Below are positions 51,901 to 62,762 of a stretch of DNA of 64,000 nucleotides, piece after piece. The notes beneath the pieces were generated by a model, which was not told the origin of the DNA, did not search any database, and worked only from the letters and a program-made list of their open reading frames with translations. Numbering within the stretch: position 1 is the stretch's first letter; the number at the start of each line of letters is the position of its first letter. The position numbers and the translations under genes were made by a program. This stretch comes from Balanoglossus misakiensis (Eukaryota; Animalia; Hemichordata), in the NCBI GenBank assembly GCA_040954595.2, contig CM082588.2:11545398-11609397 (forward strand). Reading direction: 5' to 3'.

Positions 51901-54723
51901 TGGTAGTATTTCATGGCATTTTCTGCAGTATCAACTCCATCGATCACATTATCCACATAAATATTATTTCCCAATCTGTCAGCGGTGGGAAGTTGACTAT
52001 TGTTCTCTAAATGCGTCTTGATAACCGCATTGAGGATGAATGGGGAACAGACTGCTCCAAACAAGACAGACTTAAACTGCAAAGTTATGAAGTCACTTTC
52101 TGGGTCGTTAATGTCCGACAGCCACAGAAATTTCGTGAATTTCCTCTCATCTTCTTCCAACCGAATGTTCAGGAATGCTTTCTCAATGTCAGCTGTGAAA
52201 GCAATGTTATTGGCGCGGAATCACAGCAGAATCGCTGGCAGGTCATTTATTAATGACGGTCCAGTTTGCAAGCAATCATTCAAACTTGGATAATTAGAAT
52301 CCTTCTTACAAGAGCAATCATAAACGATGCGAATGGGTGTTGTGGTCGAATTCTTAACCACCGGACGATGTAGCAAATAGTGTCCGATATTCACGTCATC
52401 TTCGTCAACCTCTCCGATGAAGTCGCGACGTCTCTGTTCATTGATTATGTCGTCATATTTCTTGATGAGTTCAGAGGGTAACCTGCGTATCATATTACGC
52501 GTGCGTTTCATGGCGACATCGTAGTTGGTGGGTAGTGGAGGGTGATCTTCCTTCCACGGTAGTTTAGCTACATATTTTCCTCGGTCAACTCTCAAGTGCG
52601 TGTCTCTGTAAGACTCGTACGTCAACTGTTCATCAACTGTTGGATTGTCCTGAATACCGATCAATTCAAAGTCCCACATATTTTGGACCTGTGGTTCTCG
52701 GCCGATCGCAGTACTATACATCGGTGTATACATGTCCGTTGCGCGATCTCCATGCAGTCCGTTGATAGAGTTCTCTGAAACTATCAGCAGTAGAAATCAC
52801 GTGTAAGATATGCGCATTAGAATCCACTTTGGGAGTTCCGAGGGGTCCGGAGAGTAAGTATCCAAATTTGGATGACACAGCAGTGGGGCCGGACGCGCCA
52901 GAAATAACGTGTGAGCCCACGAAATTCCAATATTGGTCGGCTCCGATTAGAACATCAATTGGCCACGACTGATCACTCGAAACTGGATGTGCGAATGGTA
53001 GCCCTTTCAGGTGGCTCATATTATGGACTTCCTGAGAAATGTGATTTGTTAAGTCCGACGATATCTCTGGAATTATCATCGCGTGAATAGTTGAAGTATT
53101 CCCGTTCAGTTCATGAGCAGTTAGTTCGGTGAATCCCATGGTGCGTACTTTGGAGTCCTTGCCACCGAAGGTCGATAACTTTATGTGTTCGTGCCGCGTA
53201 GCTTTCGCGGACAGCTGACGGGCGAATCTCTCAGTGACGAATGTCTTATTTGCTCCTTCATCAAACAGGATGACGGCATGAATGGGGGCTCCCCGTCCGA
53301 CAGACAGTGGTACAAACGCAGTTTTCAGCAGCACTGGCCCAGTGTTTATCTTCTTATCCGTAAATGTATCGGTATTAGTCAATGTTACTTTGACATCAGA
53401 AGTACTTGATGATGGCGATGGCGAGGACGACGCTCCGGTTGGCGTCGTTGTAGCGGTGGGAACGTCGTAGTGTAGCGCAGAGTGATGACGTTTCCTACAC
53501 TTTCTGCAGGAGTATTTTGATTTACACTCCGCAACTCTATGTTTTCCAAAGCAATTAAAACATAGTCTGTCCTTCTTCACAATGTCCAGTCTCTCGCGCG
53601 TATCAGTTACCACAGTGCAATTTGACGCGAAGTGTGACCCTTTGCAGAACGGGCACGTTTTGACAGGGGCACGAAACTTCTGTTTACCTGTCATCTGCGT
53701 TTTCGTGTGAAACGCGGTTATTTCCGGTTCTCTGGTAGTGGCCATTGTTATCTCGTCGACCCGGTTGCCGGCTTGAAGGGTGTTTATCTCGTGTTGAATG
53801 GCTTTTCGTAGATCTGCTAATGTCCACGCAGCATTACCATGTTTTCTTGCTATCTGCTCTCGAATGTTAGGAGGTAATTTCTCCCGTATTATTGGAACCA
53901 AAAGTTCGCCGTATGTGGTTTCCTCCTTACCCAGCGACTGAAGACCTCGAACGTGATTTTCAATCGAGTCGTAGAAATGCCTTAAACTTTGTACGTCGGC
54001 GGTTGGGCTTTGTAGATTCCACAACGCTGTCATATGAGCATCTACTATGAGATGGGTTTGTCCGTATCTTTCGGTCAATAAGTCAATCGCGTGCGTGAGT
54101 GGCAATCCGTTGATTGTTCTCGCTGCTTCATCTTTGAGTACACTCCGCAAATACGTAAACTTCTGAATGTTGTCCAAATTAGTGTCCGAAGGTATCGAAG
54201 ACTTGAATACATCGAAGAAACTCGACCATTCTATTACATTGCCTGAGAAAGTTTGCAGCTGGAGTTTCGGTAGAGTTACTGTTTTACGAGGCGTCGCGTT
54301 GCCGAGGCTGCTTCCCGTTACATTACCAGTACTAGTAGTAGTTGTCCGCATCTCCGATTTGTTTTTCTTGATGAAAGATGCGATGCGATGATTGTGTTCG
54401 AAGATTTCGGCCTGGTAGTCGCCTGAAGTTTCATTTTCTTCGTCAAAGTGTTCATCGTCAATTAGATCGAGGATTCTCACCTCGAGGTCGGCGAGTAGAC
54501 GGATCTTGTTCTAAAGTTGTTCGTTCAGCCCTTCCAGCGTGTCGAGTGTAGTCGGCTTGTCTGTACCGACGTCTACGAAATTGTTCATGAGGGTGTCGGC
54601 CCTGTTGAACAGTCGGGTCACTTGTGCGCGTTGACCACGACGCGATCTCTTCAGTTTTGTCAACGCTGTTGGCTGATCCTCTTGTTGTCCATCTTGTGGC
54701 GCGATGTGTTCTTGTTCCGACAT
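48953..54723 (-). pseudogene. gag-pol: BEL/Pao gag-pol polyprotein, disrupted
   Basis: ATG at 54723. Gag LPKLQLQTFSG and three Zn knuckles (CPFCKGSH..C, CFNCFGKH..C, CRKCRKRH..H), protease LFDEGA, RT YVDN, RNase H, integrase. Lesions: in-frame TAG at 54511-54513, frameshift ~52730-52790, TGA at 52221-52223 (Arg in element #1), frameshift ~51390, stop ~51276, and a 168-bp duplication in integrase. Confidence 0.95.
49887..50222. repeat. Perfect 168-bp tandem duplication inside integrase
   Basis: 49887-50054 equals 50055-50222. The protein shows FTVTGVDFTG...FMHAFRR twice (56 aa). AAT microhomology at the boundaries. Confidence 0.97.
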
Positions 54724-54734
54724 CTTGCACTGTT

Positions 54735-54752
54735 ATACTGGTCTCGGCACCA
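54735..54752 (-). promoter_or_regulatory. Primer-binding site, tRNA(His)-like (TGGTGCCGAGACCAGTAT)
   Basis: Starts with TGG 4 nt downstream of the 5' LTR end. It resembles the complement of the animal tRNA-His 3' end (TGGTGCCGTGACCAGGAT); tRNA-Phe (TGGTGCCGAAACCCGGG) is the weaker alternative. Confidence 0.8.
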
Positions 54753-54756
54753 AAAA

Positions 54757-55092
54757 TGTGGGGAAGTATCGTGGCAGTGATCAATACTCCCGGGAGGGGG
54801 TTCGAGTATACTGACGTCGGAAAAGAAGCGAACGATTCAGTGCTAGGTAAAACACTGGTTTATTACCATCTGAATCCAACAACAAAGTAACACCACAGAG
54901 CTCCTTACAAAAAGCTGCCGGAAAGCGCCAAAACTGGGTTATATATAAGTCCCACGAACGCCGGAGCAAACACTCAAAAATTACAATAAATCTGCTACAA
55001 GTATAAAGTTTGGCGGGAAACAAAGTCAACTCTGATAGGATAAGAGTTTCCGTCACGTGATCCTTCTGGAGTAAATCTCTCACTTCTCCATA
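54757..55092 (-). repeat. 5' LTR of BEL/Pao #2 (minus-strand TATGGAG...CCCCACA)
   Basis: Direct repeat of 48446-48781, flanked by the PBS and the TSD. Confidence 0.97.
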
Positions 55093-58000
55093 CAAATTGT
55101 GGCTAAAATTGTTATTTTCGTGTTGAATGCCGCCAGTGTCACTGCTTTTAAAAGTCATAAAAACGTTTAACATACAAGCAATTGTTTATATATGATCAGG
55201 TCACCGAATTAAAAAAAATAAAGAATGTTTTGCCTAAAAATGACCTTTTTGGTGCAAAAACGAATACAACGAAATTTTGTATTAAATCAGAGTGCATTTT
55301 TATAATCAGCACCATTTTTACATATAATGGAAATTTCATACATCATCAGATATCCAAATATGAAAAAATGATTTAGATTTTAGATGATTGTCCAAAATTA
55401 GCTGATATCTAATAAATGTAGTATTGAACCGTTCTGTCCCCCCCCCCCTACATTATATGCGGTACGCCGATGTCAGCTTACCCGGCAGTACTGCAGGCTG
55501 TGCCCCCAACTAACGTCAGTGTTTGAAACGCCCTGGTTAAATTCGGGCTTTCTCTATAAATTGACAGGCAATATTGCGGTCCTACCCGAACAAATGTCAA
55601 GTGTTGAACCGCTGTGACTTTCCCTTTTCGGTTTGCCCGACTTAGCCAACGTCTTTGTACTAGAGTGTCGGGTCTTTTGCAGAGCCAGGCCGAAGGAAAT
55701 CCGACTTGATCACCGTTGCTAACGAACGCTAGTGTCTGTCATGGTGTGCCGGGGTTTTAGTCGAGCCAGGCCGTAGGAGATCTGACTTGATCATCGTGGT
55801 CAATGTACGCGTGTTTCCGCTCTAAAGTGCCGGGGCTTCAGCTAAACCAGGCCGTAGGAAATCCGACGTAATCACCGTTGATAACTTACGCCAGTCTGTG
55901 TCATATAGAGCCGGTGCACCAGCCGAGTCACGCCGTAGGAAATCTGACTTGATCAACGTGGTCAATGTACGCCTGTTTCTGCACTAGAGTGCCGGGGCTT
56001 TAGCTGAGCCAGGCCATAGGAAACCCGACGTGATTACCGTTGTTAACTTACGCCAGTCTGTGTCCTATATATAGTGCCGGGGCATCAGCCGTGCCAGGCC
56101 GAAGGAAATGTGAGTAGATCAACGTGGTCTCTGTACGCATGTTTCTGCTCTAGAGTGCCAGGGCTTTAGCCAAGCCATGCCGTAGGAAATCTGACTTGAT
56201 CAACGTTGCTAACGAACGCTAGTGTCTGTCATAGTAAGCCTGTGTTTTAGTCGAGCCAAGCCGTAGGAGATCAGACTTGATCAACGTGGTCTCTGTACGC
56301 GTGTTTCTGCTCTAGAGTGCCGGGGCTTTATCCAAGCCATGCCGTAGAAAATCTGACTTGATCACCGTTGCTAACGTACGCTAGTGTCTGTCATATTGTG
56401 ACGGAGATTTAGCCGAGCCATGCCTTAGAAAAATCGACTTGTTGAACGTTACCAGTGTGCAACTGTTTCTGCTCTAGAGTGTCAGGGTTTTAGCCGACTT
56501 ATGCTGTAGGACATCTGAGTTGATGAATGGGAATTCAATGTTAGAAAACCCATGTGGAAAGTATCTCTACCCGTTTGAAACTAAGAAAAGAATTTATTCT
56601 TATTTATTTTGTAAAAAAGACAATTTTTCGAAAAACAGTCGAAAATTGTAATTTTGTCTTGTGTGATTCAAATTATACCGCCTTTTCTGGAATTTGCAGC
56701 ACTTTTTACAAGAGAACGACACTTCATGCTCCATAATATTTCCGAAAATGAAGAAAAGAGTTAATTTTTTATGATTTTTTAAAAATTTACCATTTTTGTC
56801 AAAATATGGCCAAAATGGCTATTTTTTCTTGAATTCCGTCAATATCTCAGCATTTTTGGAGTGGTCGAAACTTTTAACATCCAATCAACATGTCATATAT
56901 AATCAGGGCACCGAATTCGAAGAACAAATAAAGCTTTTTTTAATTGTTTTTCTAAAAATGACATTTTCAAGCAAAATTTGATAACATGCAATTTTGTCTG
57001 CAGTGAGCCAAATAAGACTGTCTTTTGTGGAAATTGTATCGATATATACATACGAATGGCATTCTATACTCCATCAGATTACCGAAAATGTAGGAAACAG
57101 TTATTTTTCGTAATTTTCAAAAATTTACCATTTTTGACCAAAATGTGGCTAAAATGGTTATTTTCGTGTTGAATGCCGCCAGTGTCACTGCTTTTAAAAG
57201 TCATAAAAACTTTTAACATACAAGCAATTGTTTATATATGATCAGGTCACCGAATTAAAAAATAAAGAATGTTTTGCCTAAAAATGACCTTTTTGGTGCA
57301 ATAACGAATAAAACGCAATTTTGTATTTAATCAGCTCATTCACAGTGCATTTTTTATAATCAGCACCATTTTTACATATAATGGAAATTTCATACATCAT
57401 CAGATATCCAAATATGAAAAAATGATTTAGATTTTAGATGATTGTCCAAAATTAGCTGATATCTAATAAATGTAGTATTGAACCGTTCTGTTCCCCCCCC
57501 CCCTACATTACATGCGGTACGCCGATGTCAGCTTACCCGGCAGTACTGCAGGCCGTGCCCCCAACTAACGTCGGTGTTTGAAACGCCCTGGTTAAATTCG
57601 GGCTTTCTCTATAAATTGACAGGCAATAATGCAGTCGTACCCGAACAAATGTCAAGTGTTGAACCGCTGTGACTTTCCCTCTTCGGTTTGCTCGAATTAG
57701 CCAACGTCTTTGTACTAGAGTGTCGGGTCTTTTGCAGAGCCAGGCCGAATGAAATCCGACTTGATCACCGTTGCTAACGAACGCTAGTGTCTGTCATGGT
57801 GTGCCGGGGTTTTAGTCGAGCCAGGCCGTAGGAGATCTGACTTGATCATCGTGGTCAATGTACGCGTGTTTCCGCTCTAAAGTGCCGGGGCTTCAGCTAA
57901 ACCAGGCCGTAGGAAATCCGACGTAATCACCGTTGATAACTTACGCCAGTCTGTGTCATATAGAGCCGGTGCACCAGCCGAGTCACGCCGTAGGAAATCT

Positions 58001-60510
58001 GACTTGATCAACGTGGTCAATGTACGCCTGTTTCTGCTCTAGAGTGCAGGGGCTTCAGCTAAGCCAGGCCGTAGGAAACCCGACGTGATTACCGTTGTTA
58101 ACTTACGCCAGTCTGTGTCCTATATATAGTGCCGGGGCATTAGCCGTGCCAGGCCGAAGGAAATGTGAGTAGATCAACGTGGTCTCTGTAGGCGTGTTTC
58201 TGCTCTAGAGTGCCAGGGCTTTAGCCAAGCCATGCCGTAGGAAATCTGACTTGATCAACATTGCTAACGAACGCTAGTGTCTGTCATGGTGTGCCGGGGT
58301 TTTAGTCGAGCCAGGCCGTAGGAGATCTGACTTGATCATCGTGGTCAATGTACGCGTGTTTCCGCTCTAAAGTGCCGGGGCTTCAGCTAAACCAGGCCGT
58401 AGGAAATCTGACTTGATCACAGTTGCTAACGTACGCTAGTGTCTGTCATATTGTGACGGAGATTTAGCCGAGCCAGGCCGTAGAAAAATCGACTTGTTCA
58501 ACGTTACCAGTGTGCAACTGTTTCTGCTCTAGAGTGTCAGGGTTTTAGCCGACTTATGCTGTAGGAAATCTGAGTTGATGAACGGGAATTCAATGTTAGA
58601 AAACCCGTGTGGAAAGTATCTCTACCCGTTTGAAACTAAGAAAAGAATTTATTCTTATTTATTTTGTAAAAAAGACAATTTTTCGAAAAAAGTCGAAATT
58701 GGTAATTTTGTCTTGGGTGATTCAAATTTTACTGCCTTTCCTGGAATTTGCAGCACTTTTTACAAGAGAACGACACTTCATGCTTCATAATATTTCCGAA
58801 AATGAAGAAAAGAGTTAATTGTTTAATATTTTTCTAAAATTTACCATTTTTGTCAAAATATGGCCAAAATGGCTATTTTTTCTTAAATTCCGTCAATATC
58901 TCTGCATTTTTGGAGTGGTCGAAAGTTTTAACATACAATCAACATGTCATATATGATCAGGGCACCAAATTCGAAGAACAAAGGTTTTTTTTTTTTTTTC
59001 TTTCTAAAAATGACATTTTCAAGGTAAATTTGGTAAAACGCAATTTTGTCTGCAGTGAGCCATATTAGACTGTCTTTTTTGGAATTTGTATCGATATACA
59101 CATACGAAGAGCATTCTATACTCCATCAGATTTCCGAAAATGTAGAAAACAGGTATTTTTTGTAATTTTCAAAAATTTACCATTTTGACCAAATTGTGGC
59201 TAAAATGGTTATTTTCGTGTTGAATGCCGCCAGTGTCACTGCTTTTAAAAGTCATAAAAACTTTTAACATACAAGCAATTGTTTATATATGATCAGGTCA
59301 CCGAATTAAAAAAAATAAAGAATGTTTTGCCTAAAAATGACCTTTTTGGTGCAAAAACGAATAAAACGCAATTTTGTATTAAATCAGCTCATTCAGAGTG
59401 CATTTTTTATAATCAGCACCATTTTTACATATGATGGAAATTTCATACATCATCAGATATCCAAATATGAAAAAATGATTTAGATTTTAGATGATTGTCC
59501 AAAATTAGCTGATATCTAATAAATGTAGTATTGAACCGTTCTGTTTCCCCCCCCCCCCCCCTACATTATATGCGGTACGCCGATGTCAGCTTACCCGGCA
59601 GTACTGCAGGCTGTGCCCCCAACTAACGTCAGTGTTTGAAACGCCCTGGTTAAATTCGGGCTTTCTCTATAAATTTACAGGCAATAATGCGGTCCTACCC
59701 GAACAAATGTCAAGTGTTGAACCGCTGTGACTTTCCCTTTTCGGTTTGCCCGACTTAGCCAACGTCTTTGTACTAGAGTGTCGGGTCTTTTGCAGAGCCA
59801 GGCCGAAGGAAATCCGACTTGATCACCGTTGCTAACGAACGCTAGTGTCTGTCATGGTGTGCCGGGGTTTTAGTCGAGCCAGGCCGTAGGAGATCTGACT
59901 TGATCATCGTGGTCAATGTACGCGTGTTTCCGCTCTAAAGTGCCGGGGCTTCAGCTAAACCAGGCCGTAGGAAATCCGACGTAATCACCGTTGATAACTT
60001 ACGCCAGTCAGTGTCATATAGAGCCGGTGCACCAGCCGAGTCACGCCGTAGGAAATCTGACTTGATCAACGTGGTCAATGTACGCCTGTTTCTGCTCTAG
60101 AGTGCCAGGGCTTCAGCTGAGCCAGGCCGTAGGAAACCCGACGTGATTACCGTTGTTAACTTACGCCAGTCTGTGTCCTATATATAGTGCCGGGGCATCA
60201 GCCGTGCCAGGCCGAAGGAAGTGTGAGTAGATCAACGTGGTCTCTGTACGCATGTTTCTGCTCTAGAGTGCCAGGGCTTTAGCCAAGCCATGCCGTAGGA
60301 AATCTGACTTGATCAACGTTGCTAACGAACGCTAGTGTCTGTCATAGTAAGCCTGTGTTTTAGTCGAGCCAAGCCGTAGGAGATCAGACTTGATCAACGT
60401 GGTCTCTGTACGCGTGTTTCTGCTCTAGAGTGCCGGGGCTTTATCCAAGCCATGCCGTAGAAAATCTGACTTGATCACCGTTGCTAACGTACGCTAGTGT
60501 CTGTCATAGT

Positions 60511-61946
60511 AGTCCTGTTTCATAAGTCAGGTCCATGACATATGTACCTACATCTGTGATTGGTCCATCTGGTAATCTTAGGTCCACTTGCGGCACGCTG
60601 ATTGGAGGGACCTTATGTGTTACGTCTTATTATTATGTATCATTCACTAGACCTTGTAGGTTAGGTCTTATTACTATGTATTATTCACTTTACAGCTCCC
60701 TGATTGGTTAATGTGTAGGTCTGGTCCTCCAGTGTTCACTGCCTCATTATGCAGGACCTTGTAGGTTAGGTCTTATTAATATGTATTTATTCAATTTTCA
60801 GCTCCCTGATTGGTTAATGTGTAGGTCTCCAGTTTTCACTGCCTCGTTATGCAAAGTTTTTTGTACTTTCTGAATACTGTTGTCGTATTCTGTCTGCCAT
60901 GCTGCCTGTGCGTTGTCGAAGCTCGATCCCAGTGTATAAAGAAAGGCACTCGTATAATGATTGGATTTCACCTTTTCCTTCACTATTCATGGCATTTTAT
61001 GTGATACTGTGAACTAGATACTCGAAATAAAAATTGCCAGGAGAAATTTCGTATTTTATTTCCAGTGGCGGTTTGTTGAAATGGGCTAGTGTTTTGTTAC
61101 GTAATGCCTTTCAGCGCATCACTTCGTGTAACACCTGGCTGAATACGAAGTGTGTGCTATTCATTCGAGCAAACCAAAAATATCTTACAATGGAAATGTT
61201 TAGAATAGCATTACTTATTTCACGAAGCTGCACCGTCATAGTTCAATTTTTATGAAAACAATATACGAATGTATAAACGGACAACGTGCTCCTTATCACA
61301 ACATCTTCGTCAAAACAAATTTACTTTAAAATAGTAAAACAACAATAATAATATTGATGATGAGAAGTAGGAGGGTGATTAAAAAAATATACAACTGTTA
61401 GCAAAAATGCTTAGATGAGTTAATCAGATTTTCAAAGTCCATCTAAAAATCATTTAATCTTTCCACGGTGCGGTTTATGTTGGAGATAGTATCAGTCAGG
61501 CAATTTCTCAGAAAATCAATGAATGATCTGCGGACATCCCGAATAATGTGTTACCACAACGCTAGCCAGGAAGCACATGGGACATTTCACAATGAGGCAG
61601 TGAACACTGGGGGACCAGACTGACACGTTAACCAATCAGGGAGCTGTATGGTGAATAAATACATATTAATAAGACCTAACCTACAAGGTCCTGTATAATG
61701 AGGCAGTGAACACATGGGGGACCAGACTGACACGTTAACCAATCAGGGAGCTGTATGGTGAATAAATACATATTAATAAGACCTAACCTACAAGGTCTAA
61801 TGAATAATACATAGTAATAAGACCTAACCTACAAGGTCCCTCCAATCAGCGTGCCGCAAGTGGACCTTAGAGAAGCGGATAAACCAATCAGAACATGCAA
61901 TACATGTGTATAGGACTTGTAATGTAGGTCATTTTGAAACAGGACT
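60511..61946. mobile_element. Non-autonomous DNA transposon with ~340-bp modular inverted arms (PIF/Harbinger-group-like)
   Basis: Terminal AGTCCTGTTTCA/TGAAACAGGACT. It is inserted in the satellite site CTGTCATATTGTGACGG with an apparent 3-bp TSD AGT/ATT (one mismatch). Arms ~60511-60855 and ~61590-61946 are inverted copies containing ~105-bp tandem repeats. No transposase. Confidence 0.85.
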
Positions 61947-62007
61947 ATTGTGACGGAGATTTAGCCAAGCCAGGCCCTAGAAAAATCGACTTGTTCAACG
62001 TTACCAG

Positions 62008-62394
62008 TGTAGTAACCTCGATGTGCCGTCTCAAATGGCGCCCTAATTCACATCAAAGGCCACAGGGTTCTATAGTATTTGCCGTTAACTAACTGGAGCT
62101 CACCATCGCCGACGAACATTCCTTGTCAGATGTCACAGAAAACGCTGCTCGGAACTTTACACGAACATTTAATGACTGAACACACAACACTGGCACTGGA
62201 TGATGCGTCGCGGTGGTTGAAGTTTCCGTAGAAAACTGGCAAAAATCCCCAGGCTAACTGTGCAAAAGTCCTCACATGTGCGCCATGGAATTTTCCAGAT
62301 ATTTTCTAAACAAAAGCGCATGCGCTAATGTACTCACAGCTCGAGGGCGCTAGACTAAATATTTCAGTTTCTCTAAGAACTGGGCGTCCTTACA
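62008..62394 (-). repeat. 3' LTR of BEL/Pao #3 (~387 bp, canonical TGTA...TACA)
   Basis: TGTA/TACA termini between the satellite junction and a G-rich PPT; ATTAAA on the minus strand at ~62168-62173. The partner LTR is not in the window. Confidence 0.75.
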
Positions 62395-62762
62395 CCAGCC
62401 CCCAAATTGTTCATCAAAAAACATTAACAATTTCCATCCTAGCAAATTCAAAACGGCAACATCCATATGTGCCGAAATTACATATCAAATAGAAATTACA
62501 AAACAATATCTATAAATATCTCGAAACGCGAAGTCGAAAGTTTTTCAGGAAACGCGAATACAAGAATCCTTTTCTTCATGAATGTGATGATACATCCTAG
62601 ACCATGCCCAGACCTCGTCCGGTCAATCATGCTGCCAAGCATGATATCCAACACATCTGTACTTCAAAGATAAGATCAAACGCTGGACGTAGTGGATAGA
62701 CTGGCCACTACTTGAGATCGTTGTTATTACAGCTGCTGGTAACTGCAACCATACCAATACCA

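Larger units (their letters stand above)
48446..55092 (-). mobile_element. Full-length BEL/Pao LTR retrotransposon #2 (6647 bp), disabled
   Basis: Two 336-bp LTRs. 5-bp TSD CAAAT at 48441-48445 and 55093-55097, with the empty site GACCAAATTGTGGCT in other units. PBS, PPT GCGCGGGGGAGAA (48782-48794, minus) and gag-PR-RT-RH-IN order are all present. Confidence 0.98.
1332..62007. repeat. Composite ~2.05-kb tandem macrosatellite array (23 anchor points), interrupted by transposons
   Basis: Anchor TTGATGAA(C)GGGAATTCA recurs at 1475, 4183, 6062, 8566, 16062, 17786, 19508, 21719, 23773, 25825, 27873, 29929, 31984, 34037, 36087, 38136, 40189, 42075, 44128, 46181, 47826, 56520, 58575. Modal spacing is 2048-2056; variant spacings are 1645, 1722/1724, 1879/1886, 2211 and 2708. 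Confidence 0.98.

Noticed and set aside
52714-52790. Programmed frameshift between gag-PR and RT
   Set aside because: No slippery heptamer was seen, BEL/Pao elements usually have one ORF, and this copy carries several other lesions.
1332-62007. Recurrent 60-110 aa ORFs in the satellite (MMNGNSML..., MSKYGQNG..., MTTLIK..., MESIST...)
   Set aside because: They recur only because the DNA repeats. Many start at TTG/GTG, frames are broken by homopolymer indels between copies, and no domain is recognisable.
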